Shown here piece after piece: positions 1-9,356 of a stretch of DNA of 64,000 bases. The notes under the pieces were generated by a model. That model searched no databases, was not told the DNA's origin, and saw only the letters and a program-made list of their open reading frames with translations. Each line of letters opens with the position of its first letter. Position 1 is the stretch's first letter. Both the position numbers and the translations under genes were made by a program. Origin of the DNA: Candidatus Zhuqueibacterota bacterium (lineage in GTDB: Bacteria; Zhuqueibacterota; Zhuqueibacteria; Thermofontimicrobiales; Thermofontimicrobiaceae); contig JBMOPW010000004.1 of assembly GCA_049322915.1 (NCBI GenBank), forward strand, positions 1 through 64,000, written 5' to 3'.

Positions 1-283
1 TTTTTTTTAAGGCAACATGTTCACCCATCAGTTCAGCCAGCACTTCATTTTTCTGGGATAGCTTCTGTTCTAATTGGGAAATCGTCTTGTGCGATGTGTC
101 CCTTTCTGCCCGAGCAAACGCTAAGTGCCCCTGTTCAAAGAACTGTTTTTGCCATTGATAAAACAGGACTGGCTGCAGTTGATACGTATCGCAAATATCA
201 GAAACAGGTTTGTGGTCGAGTAAGTGATCTTTTAAAATTTTTACTTTTTGTTCCGGTGTAAATGTTCGTCTTTTATTAGCCAT
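1..283 (-). CDS. IS3-family transposase OrfA (partial; not in ORF track)
   Basis: Manual translation: MANKRRTFTPEQKVKILKDHLLDHKPVSDICDTYQLQPVLFYQWQKQFFEQG...ISQLEQKLSQKNEVLAELMGEHVALKK, i.e. HTH_Tnp_1-like plus leucine zipper. TTAAAAAAAA at the end is the usual -1 frameshift site. Confidence 0.85.
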   Translation of the reverse strand, partial: MANKRRTFTPEQKVKILKDHLLDHKPVSDICDTYQLQPVLFYQWQKQFFEQGHLAFARAERDTSHKTISQLEQKLSQKNEVLAELMGEHVALKK

Positions 284-353
284 GGATTTTCCTCCTGTTT
301 GATTTTTTTTAATATAAGAAATTTAGAGGAAAATTCCAATTCCATCTGAAGCA
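1..353 (-). mobile_element. IS3-family insertion sequence, left end (runs off window edge)
   Basis: Minus strand begins TGCTTCAGATGGAATTGGAATTTTCC at 353 (IS3-type 5'-TG terminus), then AGGAGG RBS (291-296) and an OrfA-like HTH ORF ending in an A8 run. Confidence 0.75.
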
Positions 354-845
354 TTATATAAATGCTTGGCTTAAATATGATAATATAGATACATTATGAG
401 TAATTTTATAATATCCAAAAATATAGATATTTAATAAGGTCATTAAAAAATAGATACAAATGAAAGAAAATATCCATATAAAAATTGAACCAAATTTTAA
501 ATTCTTAAATAATCTTGTATTTAATATTTTCCAAGTAATGAACATAAATAACCCGATAGCAATAAACCAAAATGAATTTCTAATTACTATCTTTGCTGAA
601 CTATGATTAAACCAAGTCAATATTAATATAAATGAGATAAGTATACCTATATAGAAAAAATCCCGAATTTTTCGAAACTCTAAAAGATTGAATAGAATAA
701 TTGCAGTAAGTCCAAAAATTTTGAATGTAAATCCAGTGCTGTTAGTATCAAAGATAGGATAACCAAGTACAAAATATCCAATTGTTAATAAGCAGAATAT
801 TTCAAGAAAAATAAAGCAGGATGCTTTTATAGCTTTTTCCTTCAT
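354..845 (-). CDS. AT-rich hypothetical multi-pass membrane protein (gene-cassette-like)
   Basis: 163 aa, about 5 hydrophobic segments, much more AT-rich than flanking genes. Its TAA abuts the IS end. Confidence 0.7.
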   Translation of the reverse strand: MKEKAIKASCFIFLEIFCLLTIGYFVLGYPIFDTNSTGFTFKIFGLTAIILFNLLEFRKIRDFFYIGILISFILILTWFNHSSAKIVIRNSFWFIAIGLFMFITWKILNTRLFKNLKFGSIFIWIFSFICIYFLMTLLNIYIFGYYKITHNVSILSYLSQAFI

Positions 846-887
846 CTATTCACCTTTAATATTTTGTGTAGTTTTATTCCTTAATAG

Positions 888-906
888 GGCTAACAAGAAT
901 TTAGAT
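888..906 (-). other. Integron attI-like recombination site (putative)
   Basis: Minus strand ATCTAAA-TTCTT-GTTAGCC, the same CTAAA-N5-GTT layout as attI1 (CCCTAAA-ACAAA-GTTRRRY), about 42 bp upstream of the ATG of the AT-rich ORF. Confidence 0.4.
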
Positions 907-1196
907 GTTCATTCCTGTATTATGGTTTAACAGATATGTAAGAAATTTTCAGCGAACCGATATCACAGCCGTCTGGTTCTCAGGTGGCTGTAAGTTCTTT
1001 GCCGGGAAGGAATCCTTTGCAACGGAGATTCCCTCGCAGCGCACAATTCTTCGTGTTGCGTAAATGATGTTAATGTTACAAATTATAATAATTTGTTTTT
1101 GAAATGTCAAGAACAATTTGCTTCCGGAGAAAAAATGTCGGGATGGATTGGCTGGAGCAACCCGTTCGGCGAATCCGTCGTAGCGTGACGGTCAGT

Positions 1197-2180
1197 TCAA
1201 TACATCTTGCCTTCGAACAGTGTTTTTATTTCCGGGACGTGGCGGGTGAATCCGAGCGCGATCATCAACTTGATGCGCGCTTTCTGGCCGGAAAGATCAC
1301 CGCCATAAATAATGCCGGCGTCGTGCAATTTTTTCCCGCCGCCGGTGCCGCCGTAGACCCCTAACACGCGCCCTTTGAAACAACGCGACGTGAGCACAAC
1401 CGGAATATTGAGATGAATGGCGCGGAGCGCCTGCTCAGCAGCCGGTGTCGGTAGATTGCCGCGACCGAGACCCTCGATGACCAATCCTTTCACGTGATTT
1501 TCAATGGCGTATCGGATCTGCGCGCCGTCATCGCCAGCCGTCATTTTGAATAGCGCAACGTGGGACTCTATCTGTTCAGCCGGGATGGTCTCACGAATCA
1601 GCGATTTTCGGAAAACAATCACCCGATCTTCGTCAACAATTCCCAGCGGTCCGTATCCCGGTGACTCGAATGTTGCCACGTTGCTGGTGTAGGTTTTTCG
1701 GACTTCGCGCGCCGAATGAATTTCATCGTTGAGAACAACAACCACGCCGGACTGCGGGCAGGCGTTTGAGGCCGCGGCTTGGAATGCTGCTAATAAATTC
1801 GTGGGAACGTCAGTCCCTGGTTCGTCAAAGCTTCGCATGGCCGCCGTGAGAACGATTGGCTTGGGAACGTCAACCAACAAGTCGATCATATAGGCGGTCT
1901 CTTCAAGCGTATCGGTGCCGTGGGTGATGATGACGCCGTCGATGTCGTGTCTGAGGACGTGATTTTTGACGTGCTTCGCCAGATCGAACATCATTTCTGG
2001 CGTCATTTCAGAGCTGTCGATATTGGAAAATTCAATCAGCTCGAACTCGGCGTATTTCTTCAACCGGGGCACAGAGTCCAGTAACTCGCGACCGCTTTTT
2101 GCTGGCGTGATTGTTCGGGTTGACGGATCAAGTTTCATGGCAATAGTGCCGCCGGTCGTGATGACAATGAGCTTCTTCAT
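1197..2180 (-). CDS. L-asparaginase
   Basis: TGGTIAM and HGTDTLEETAY catalytic Thr motifs; no signal peptide. Confidence 0.93.
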   Translation of the reverse strand: MKKLIVITTGGTIAMKLDPSTRTITPAKSGRELLDSVPRLKKYAEFELIEFSNIDSSEMTPEMMFDLAKHVKNHVLRHDIDGVIITHGTDTLEETAYMIDLLVDVPKPIVLTAAMRSFDEPGTDVPTNLLAAFQAAASNACPQSGVVVVLNDEIHSAREVRKTYTSNVATFESPGYGPLGIVDEDRVIVFRKSLIRETIPAEQIESHVALFKMTAGDDGAQIRYAIENHVKGLVIEGLGRGNLPTPAAEQALRAIHLNIPVVLTSRCFKGRVLGVYGGTGGGKKLHDAGIIYGGDLSGQKARIKLMIALGFTRHVPEIKTLFEGKMY

Positions 2181-2347
2181 GAAAATCCTGAAAATTAGAA
2201 TTGGAGACTGGTAACGGGATCCGCCCTCGCTTCTGACTGAATCTTGGGGGAGGTTTTTTCATCTAAGTAGTTTTAAGGAACTGCGACCCTGAATATGAGT
2301 AAAATTAAAGTCAAAATCAATAGCCAAAATTTACCTGGAGTGAATGT

Positions 2348-4165
2348 ATGAGGAAAAATGCTGTGAAGTTGTTAGCGGTTCTGATGCTGTTTGCAGTTCA
2401 ATCGGTATCATTTGGACAGGAAGGATTTGAAACCAACTTTGTCTCTGTCACTGGTGAGGTAGCGTACCATAAAGTCCAGGCTGGCGCTGAAGTCGACATT
2501 GCCCTGATTGCTGATATTCAACATGGATTCCATATCAATGCCAATAAGCCGACCGAGGAGTATCTCATTCCAACTGTCGTCAAGTTCAACCCAATGGAAC
2601 AGGCGTCGTTCGACAAAGTCATTTATCCCCAAGAAAAGATGGTGCGGTTTTCATTTGCCGAAGAGGACCTCGCGGTGTACGAAGATCGCGTTGTTTTCTT
2701 TTCAAAAGTGACGTTGTCCGGTTCCATGCCCGTCGGAAAAACGACCATTGCCGGGGCATTCAGCTATCAGGCGTGCAATGAACAGAACTGTTTCGCGCCG
2801 ACTGAAGTGCCATTTGAAATTCCGATAGAGATCGTTGCCACGGCCGGAGAAATACAGAAAAATGACTCCGGGGTTTTCTCGAATCTGCCGACCTCGGAGC
2901 AAGTCGAACCGGAGAAGGGAGAGTCAAAGTCAGTCTTCACGTCGGATGAACTCAGAGCGAAACGCATTCTGGAGAAGGGATTGCCGTACGCGATCCTCGC
3001 GTTCTTCGCGTTCGGTCTGGCATTGAATTTAACGCCCTGCGTCTATCCGGTCATTCCGTTGACCATCGGCTATTTTGGCGGTCAGAGCGATCGCAGCAAA
3101 GGATCGAACTTCATCATGGCGTTGTTTTATGTGCTGGGCATTGCCCTCATTTTCGCAGCGCTGGGACTTGTTTCCGGTCTGGCGGGCAAGCAATGGGGTT
3201 TCCTGTTTCAGAATCCCTGGTTCGTCATTGTCATTACCACAGTCATTCTGGCCATGGCGGCCAGCATGTTCGGCGCATTTGAAATAACCGTGCCTGCCTG
3301 GATGACATCATCCCTGGGCAAATCCCGCGAAGGCGTCGTGGGAGCGTTCATAATGGGATTGACGGTGGGAGTCGTCATCGCGCCGTGCGCAGCGGGAATT
3401 ATCATCGGTCTGGTTGGGCTTGTCGCTAAATTGGGAATCGTGGCAAAGGGGACGTTATTGTTTTTCATTATGGGATTGGGCCTGGGTCTACCCTATTTGA
3501 TTCTGGCGACCTTTTCGGGTCTGCTCAATAAACTGCCGCAGTCGGGCATGTGGATGGTCTGGATTCGGAAGCTGTTTGGAATTTTATTAATCGGCGTGGC
3601 CCTGTATTTCTTCCTGCCGCAGGCCAAACACATTTACGATCAGCAGGGCTTTTTCTTCGGATTGCTGGGCATTTTTGGAGGCCTGCTGTTGGGATTCCTT
3701 GACCATGCGCCGGGTTATTCTAAGGCCTTTAAAATTGGGCGTGCGGTTTTTGGAATATTGCTGATTAGCTTGGGAATTGTGTTGACGAATAATGCGCTCA
3801 ATGCGAAACCTTCTGCCATTCAATGGATTCATTACGAACAGGGTACAATCGCGCAGTTGCAGGAAAATGGCAAGCCGGCATTCATCGATTTTTATGCGGA
3901 CTGGTGCGCGCCCTGCAAAGAGATGGATAGAGAGACGTTTAGGGATGATCGTGTTGTCGAACTGGCCAAGCAATTCACCATGATCAAAGTGGATTGTACG
4001 TCTCCGGACGACAATGTGAGAAAATTCATGCAGCAATTCGATGCGACGGGAATGCCCACGTTTGTGTTCATCAATAAGCACGGGGAAGAAGCGACAGCGC
4101 TGAGGGAAATCGGTTTCGTTGGCCCGGACAAATTTCATGAAAAGATGAATCAATTGCTTGAGTAA
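2348..4165 (+). CDS. dsbD: Thiol:disulfide interchange protein DsbD
   Basis: Signal peptide, N-terminal Ig domain with CNEQNC, TM domain with TPCVYP and APC, C-terminal thioredoxin with WCAPC. Confidence 0.92.
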   Translation: MRKNAVKLLAVLMLFAVQSVSFGQEGFETNFVSVTGEVAYHKVQAGAEVDIALIADIQHGFHINANKPTEEYLIPTVVKFNPMEQASFDKVIYPQEKMVRFSFAEEDLAVYEDRVVFFSKVTLSGSMPVGKTTIAGAFSYQACNEQNCFAPTEVPFEIPIEIVATAGEIQKNDSGVFSNLPTSEQVEPEKGESKSVFTSDELRAKRILEKGLPYAILAFFAFGLALNLTPCVYPVIPLTIGYFGGQSDRSKGSNFIMALFYVLGIALIFAALGLVSGLAGKQWGFLFQNPWFVIVITTVILAMAASMFGAFEITVPAWMTSSLGKSREGVVGAFIMGLTVGVVIAPCAAGIIIGLVGLVAKLGIVAKGTLLFFIMGLGLGLPYLILATFSGLLNKLPQSGMWMVWIRKLFGILLIGVALYFFLPQAKHIYDQQGFFFGLLGIFGGLLLGFLDHAPGYSKAFKIGRAVFGILLISLGIVLTNNALNAKPSAIQWIHYEQGTIAQLQENGKPAFIDFYADWCAPCKEMDRETFRDDRVVELAKQFTMIKVDCTSPDDNVRKFMQQFDATGMPTFVFINKHGEEATALREIGFVGPDKFHEKMNQLLE

Positions 4166-4260
4166 AAATATTAAAAAAATGTTCTGCCTCGAAGGTTCAA
4201 AAACTTGAAAAGTGAATTTTTCCCCTTCGCAGAACAATGTCGATCAGTTTGATTTTTAAA

Positions 4261-4294
4261 AAAAAGGCTTTCATGTACGGTGAAAGCCTTTTTT
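4261..4294. terminator. Bidirectional intrinsic terminator
   Basis: AAAAAGGCTTTCA-tgtacgg-TGAAAGCCTTTTTT between convergent dsbD and symporter genes. Confidence 0.85.
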
Positions 4295-4379
4295 GTCTGA
4301 ATCACGTATGTCTGAATTTCAGAACCGCTGTCGTGGATTTTCAGATCTGGATAAATGCAAATTTTAAGAATTGGAATCA

Positions 4380-6008
4380 CTACCAGGTCTTTCGGTAATG
4401 CGGCGTGGTGAATAGCGTGAGCAACAGCCCCACGCTGATATTGACCGCCGAGCCGATGAATACGTACCAGGGCCAGAAAAAGGGTATTGGCTCCACGTAG
4501 CGAATCAGCGCAACAATGGTGACGAGAAGCAAAGTCAGGGCAATTTGTTCCTTGCGCTCATGGACTCGTGTGAAAATCCAGATGAAGGCCAGCACATTCA
4601 CAACGATGATGCCCAGTTTTGCCGTTTCTGAAATTTTCCCTCCAATAATCCATGTCATGAAAAAGATTGCGCTCCACATAGAGATGATGGCCGTATTTTC
4701 CCGCACCTGTTTGAAGAGCATTCCCATCAAAAACGCGCCCAGTAAACCTCCGTAGGTGAACGAGGCGATTTCCAATCCCAGCTCGACAACCGGATTGTTT
4801 TTGTCCTTGAACAGCATAGCGCCGCCGATGAAGATGAGTCCCCAGCAAGCTGTGGCGATTTTGGAAATCAACAGGTCATTACGCGGTGAGTTGTTTTTGC
4901 CGAAATGAACCTTGTAAATATCCATGATGGTGGAAGATGCCAACGAATTTAAAGACCCGCTGAGCGAGGACATAGCCGCCGCGAAGATACCGGCGATGAT
5001 CAATCCGGACAGGCCAGCGGGCAGCTCTTCGATGATGAATTTTGAAAACACTTCGTCCGAACTGGTGACGAAATTGCTATCCGGGCCAATCGCATGACCG
5101 TGATAAAACGTGTACAGCATCAGGCCAATGACGAGGAACAGCGCGAACTGCAGCATGACAAACACGCCGCTGGCGATGAGCGCTTTCTGGCTGCTTCGGA
5201 CGTTGTTGCAGGTGAGCAGTCGCTGAACGATGATCTGGTCGGTCCCGTGAGAGGCCATGGAAAGAAACATCCCGCCGATGATGCTGGTGATGAAATTGTA
5301 GCGGGATGTGAAAAAGGCGCGCACTCCATTTTCAAATCCGGGGTAGAAAATCTGCAATTTATTATCGGCCTGGGCTGCGGTCACGATGTCATTCCAGCCG
5401 CCAGGCAGGAGATTGTACAGGTAGATGGCCGCAAAAATAGCCCCACTCAGATAGACGACGGTCTGAACGACATCCACCCACACGACCGCACGGATGCCTC
5501 CCAGGTAGGTGTAGACGATGGTCAGAATGCCCATCACAGCGATGGAAACCGGGTAGCTCCAGCCGGTGATGAGGCTGAGCGGAATAGCTGTAGCGAATAG
5601 GCGAACGCCATCGGCTAATAAGCGGGTCAACTGAAAAATGATGGATGAAAAATTCCGCATACTCAGGCCAAAACGATTGCCTAAGAACTCGTAAGCGGTG
5701 GCCAGGTCCCCGCGATAATAGGCCGGCAGGAATAAGAAACTGACCAGGATTCGACCCAGTAAATAACCCAATGTGAGTTGCAGGAAATTTAAGTTGGTCA
5801 GGTAAGCCAGGCCGGGAATGCTGATGAACGTGAGCGTGCTCGTCTCGGTAGCGACGATGGAAAAACACACCGCGCCCCAGGGAATGTTGCGGTCGCCAAG
5901 AAAATAATCACGCGTGCTTTTTTGATTGCGGCCTAACCAGGAACCCAACAGAGTGACGCCAATCAGATAAATGAAAAGAATACCATAGTCATATGGAGAA
6001 AAACCCAT
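4380..6008 (-). CDS. Sodium:solute symporter (SSS/SLC5 family)
   Basis: DYFLGDR, SIVATETSTLTFISIPG, GGIRAVVWVDVVQ, DQIIVQRLL, AAAMSSLSGSLNSLA motifs; many TM helices. Confidence 0.92.
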   Translation of the reverse strand: MGFSPYDYGILFIYLIGVTLLGSWLGRNQKSTRDYFLGDRNIPWGAVCFSIVATETSTLTFISIPGLAYLTNLNFLQLTLGYLLGRILVSFLFLPAYYRGDLATAYEFLGNRFGLSMRNFSSIIFQLTRLLADGVRLFATAIPLSLITGWSYPVSIAVMGILTIVYTYLGGIRAVVWVDVVQTVVYLSGAIFAAIYLYNLLPGGWNDIVTAAQADNKLQIFYPGFENGVRAFFTSRYNFITSIIGGMFLSMASHGTDQIIVQRLLTCNNVRSSQKALIASGVFVMLQFALFLVIGLMLYTFYHGHAIGPDSNFVTSSDEVFSKFIIEELPAGLSGLIIAGIFAAAMSSLSGSLNSLASSTIMDIYKVHFGKNNSPRNDLLISKIATACWGLIFIGGAMLFKDKNNPVVELGLEIASFTYGGLLGAFLMGMLFKQVRENTAIISMWSAIFFMTWIIGGKISETAKLGIIVVNVLAFIWIFTRVHERKEQIALTLLLVTIVALIRYVEPIPFFWPWYVFIGSAVNISVGLLLTLFTTPHYRKTW

Positions 6009-6114
6009 GTGTTCTCCTAATTATCAGATCCGTTTCAATCATGAATTAAGTGATTAAGATAAGAATTAATTGCAAATAATCAAGGCAAAATTTCGGGCGT
6101 CGTGAAATTAGTAC

Positions 6115-6142
6115 TTGACATTTAATATTAAATGATTAATTT
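6115..6142 (+). promoter_or_regulatory. Sigma70-like promoter with overlapping perfect 16-bp palindrome (putative operator)
   Basis: TTGACA 6115-6120, TAATTT 6137-6142; CATTTAATATTAAATG palindrome at 6119-6134. Confidence 0.55.
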
Positions 6143-6186
6143 TATGGAGAGATTTTTTCAATAGGATTTGAGATTTTAAAACGAAT

Positions 6187-6552
6187 ATGCCTAACATAAA
6201 TAAAATACTTGCAGTCTTCGTCTGTCTGCTATTGTTGTTTTCTTCGATTGCTGTTTATACCAATCTCCATCTTCATCGAGTGAACAGTGACTTCATTATT
6301 GTGCATGGCCACCCGTTCCATGACTGTGAACAAAATCCAAGCCCGTTTAAAAGTCATTCCCATTCTGCGATAGATCTCCTCCTTTTTTATTTCATTTTTT
6401 CAATCGATCTCGTCCTTGTGCTGGCAGTGATCATCTGGTTCGTCCGTCGCTGTAGTGATTCCCTTGTTGACCGGCACCGCGATGGGTTCATCTCCACAAT
6501 CGTTTTCAAAAATCCGCTGCTCCGAGCGCCTCCGATTTTCCTTTCTGAGTGA
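6187..6552 (+). CDS. His-rich membrane leader protein with C-terminal RAPP motif (DUF2946/CruR-like architecture)
   Basis: TM helix, HLH..HGHPFHDC..HSHS, second TM helix, LLRAPPIFLSE-stop; first gene of the metal uptake operon. Confidence 0.7.
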   Translation: MPNINKILAVFVCLLLLFSSIAVYTNLHLHRVNSDFIIVHGHPFHDCEQNPSPFKSHSHSAIDLLLFYFIFSIDLVLVLAVIIWFVRRCSDSLVDRHRDGFISTIVFKNPLLRAPPIFLSE

Positions 6553-6711
6553 TATCTTTTCACACCCTTCCATTTTAGTCACGGCAGGTCTGTTTCCATC
6601 CTTAAAATTTGTCCCGTTGGCTGCGATTATTGCAGTTGCAACGAGAAGTATTTGAATTCTGACGGATGGTTTTATCCTGCGGGTATGTTCATTTTACAAG
6701 CGAGGAACGAC

Positions 6712-8037
6712 ATGTTGAAAAAAGTGATTCTCAGGAATTGCTGTCTACTTGTATTCCTGGCAGCACTGTGCCAGAATGCTTTTGCTCAGAGCGCCGATTC
6801 CCTTCGCGCGGAATTGGCCTGGATAAAAAAAAATCAGGAAACAAAGTTGCAGGAACTCGATGCTCTTTTGCAGGAGTTGAAGGCGAAAATCGAGCGGCAG
6901 GAGAAACAGGATGAAATGAAAAAGCTGCTGGATGAAGTCACCAAGCTTTCAACGCTGGAACGGAAAAAACAGGATGGGCTGGGCAAGAAATTCTATTCCG
7001 GGACCAGGCAGCAATCCGGGTTGAATCCCAACATCAGCCTCGGAGGCGACTTCTTTTCGGCGGTGAGTTCATCCCACGCTGAGTTCATCAACGAGCCGAG
7101 CGAGATTTCCTACGGCAACAATCGTTTTGCGCTGCGGGAAGTGGAGCTGAGTCTGATTGCGCCGCTCGATCCGTTCACACGGGGGAAAACGCATTTATCC
7201 TTGAGCGACAACGGTCTCAGCATCGAAGAAACCTACATGGAATGGTTGAATCTGCCGGCCAATCTGAACTTGAAAATTGGCGTGTTTTACGCTGAATTCG
7301 GGATACTCAATCGCTATCACGACCATGCGCTGCCTCAATTCGACCGACCGAAAGTGTTGCTGACCATGTTTGGAACGGCGCCAATAGGCGGAATGGGCTT
7401 TGCCGGTAATTTTTTGCTGCCGACCATGTTATTCTCAGACGCCTCATCTCTTGAGCTTGCCGTCGTACGCGGCGGCGATGATATCAGTTTTACCAGCGAA
7501 GGAAAATTTAATCTGCTCGGAATTGGGCACTTCAAAAATTATTATGACATCACCCGAAATACCTATGTTGAATGGTCGGTCAGCGCGGCAGCCGGGAAAA
7601 ACGATCCGGAAGAGCGCTATGCAAGTTATATCGGCGATGTGGGACTCAGCGTCCGATGGGTGCCGATCGGTCGGGACAAATACCGAACAATCGATTGGCA
7701 GACGGAATTTCTCTTCAGTCGGAGAGAAACGCCGGCCGGGGAAATCAGCAGCAAGGGCATTTATACATCGCTCCAGAATAAAATTAATGCCCTGTATTGG
7801 GTGAGCGGACGAATTGGCTACGCAGAACTCCCATTCGACCATAGCCAGAACGTGTGGGATTTTACAGCCACGTTCGATGTGTGGCAGAGCGAATTTGTCT
7901 TTTATCGGTTTCAATACCAATACACACAGCGTCAATTCACCAATTATTTACAATTGGCTGGACCATACCCGGACGATCACACATTTTTATTCCAGGTGAG
8001 CTGGGCAATGGGACCGCATAAGCATGAGAGATATTAG
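6712..8037 (+). CDS. Outer-membrane beta-barrel associated with Zn/metal uptake
   Basis: GAGGA RBS then ATG 6712. Signal peptide, coiled coil, NPNISL, FGILNRYHDH, amphipathic strands, C-terminal GPHKHERY; lies upstream of a ZnuA-like gene. Confidence 0.7.
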   Translation: MLKKVILRNCCLLVFLAALCQNAFAQSADSLRAELAWIKKNQETKLQELDALLQELKAKIERQEKQDEMKKLLDEVTKLSTLERKKQDGLGKKFYSGTRQQSGLNPNISLGGDFFSAVSSSHAEFINEPSEISYGNNRFALREVELSLIAPLDPFTRGKTHLSLSDNGLSIEETYMEWLNLPANLNLKIGVFYAEFGILNRYHDHALPQFDRPKVLLTMFGTAPIGGMGFAGNFLLPTMLFSDASSLELAVVRGGDDISFTSEGKFNLLGIGHFKNYYDITRNTYVEWSVSAAAGKNDPEERYASYIGDVGLSVRWVPIGRDKYRTIDWQTEFLFSRRETPAGEISSKGIYTSLQNKINALYWVSGRIGYAELPFDHSQNVWDFTATFDVWQSEFVFYRFQYQYTQRQFTNYLQLAGPYPDDHTFLFQVSWAMGPHKHERY

Positions 8038-8230
8038 ACTCAATTCATTCAGCGATAAAATGCGCATCCCGTCTATCTGAATGCTCAGCGGAGTGACAGG
8101 CTTGATTACGTCAAAGTGCTTTAACCCAGTCGTGAATTGGTTCGGACGGAATCCACCTTCTGCCTGGAACATAGTGTGCAATTTATATCTGTTTCAAAGG
8201 AATAGCTTTTAACTTGTAAAGGAGTTAAAA

Positions 8231-9313
8231 ATGAGAATTTCATATTTACTTGCTCAGCGATGGATATCTTTATATCTCCTGATCGTATTTTTTACTTCGC
8301 CTGCAATGGCGCAGCATAATCGTTATCGACATCAGCACGGGCAATCGCCACACCACACGCTGAATGTCGTCTGCTCTTTTTCTGACTATGCATCGATTGC
8401 AGCGTTCTTAGTCGGGGACCTGGCCAATGTCAGCTACATTGCATCCGGCGAACAGGATCCGCACTTCGTGCCGCCGAAACCGAGTTACGCCATGAAACTG
8501 CGCGATGCGGATATGTGGGTCACCACGGGTCTGGATTTGGAGGGATGGGCGCCAACGCTGCTGGATAAGGCGCGGAATAAGAAAATAATGGATGGCGAAA
8601 TCGGATTTGTAGCCGTGGCTGATGGGGTGACTCTGCTGGAAAAAATTGATGTCGCTGACCGAACCGAGGGCGATATCCATTTGATGGGGAATCCCCATTT
8701 CAATACCGGCCCGCTGAAGTGGAAGCAGATTGCGATCAACATCACCATTGGCCTGCAAAAAATTGACCCGGATAATGCAGAATTTTATCTCGCCAATCGG
8801 GATAAATTCATCGATAAAGTCGATCGGTCGCTCTTTGGCGATGAACTGGTGGAAATGTTTGGCGGTGAGCGATTGGGTAACATGCTGGAAAATAAAACAC
8901 TGTTCACTTTTCTGGAAACGGAATACGGTGATGGGAAGCTCATCGACAAGCTAGGCGGCTGGCTGAAAAAAGCGCTGCCATTTCGAAATAAAAAAGTGGT
9001 CACCTACCACAAAAACTGGACCTATTTTGCGGACACATTCGGGGTGGAAGTCATCGGGTATATTGAACCCAAACCGGGCATTCCACCTTCGGCAAAACAT
9101 GTGCAGCACATGATTCAACTGATTCAGGACCAAAAAATCAGCATCATGATCGTTGCCAATTATTTTGAGAAAAGAACCGCGCAAATGATCGAGAGCAAAA
9201 CCGGGATTCGGGCCGTATTCCTGCCGTTGTTTGTGCACGGCGTTCCGGAAGTGACCAATAATTTTGAACTGGTTGACTATTGGATCAACCAGATCAATGC
9301 AAACCTCAATTAG
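8231..9313 (+). CDS. Metal ABC transporter substrate-binding protein (ZnuA/TroA family)
   Basis: QDPHF, GDIHLMGNPH, YHKNW, EPKPGIPPS motifs; His-rich N-terminus. Confidence 0.9.
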   Translation: MRISYLLAQRWISLYLLIVFFTSPAMAQHNRYRHQHGQSPHHTLNVVCSFSDYASIAAFLVGDLANVSYIASGEQDPHFVPPKPSYAMKLRDADMWVTTGLDLEGWAPTLLDKARNKKIMDGEIGFVAVADGVTLLEKIDVADRTEGDIHLMGNPHFNTGPLKWKQIAINITIGLQKIDPDNAEFYLANRDKFIDKVDRSLFGDELVEMFGGERLGNMLENKTLFTFLETEYGDGKLIDKLGGWLKKALPFRNKKVVTYHKNWTYFADTFGVEVIGYIEPKPGIPPSAKHVQHMIQLIQDQKISIMIVANYFEKRTAQMIESKTGIRAVFLPLFVHGVPEVTNNFELVDYWINQINANLN

Positions 9314-9356
9314 GGAATCGATGGGATTGGACACCTAAAATTGTGCTGGAGTGACC

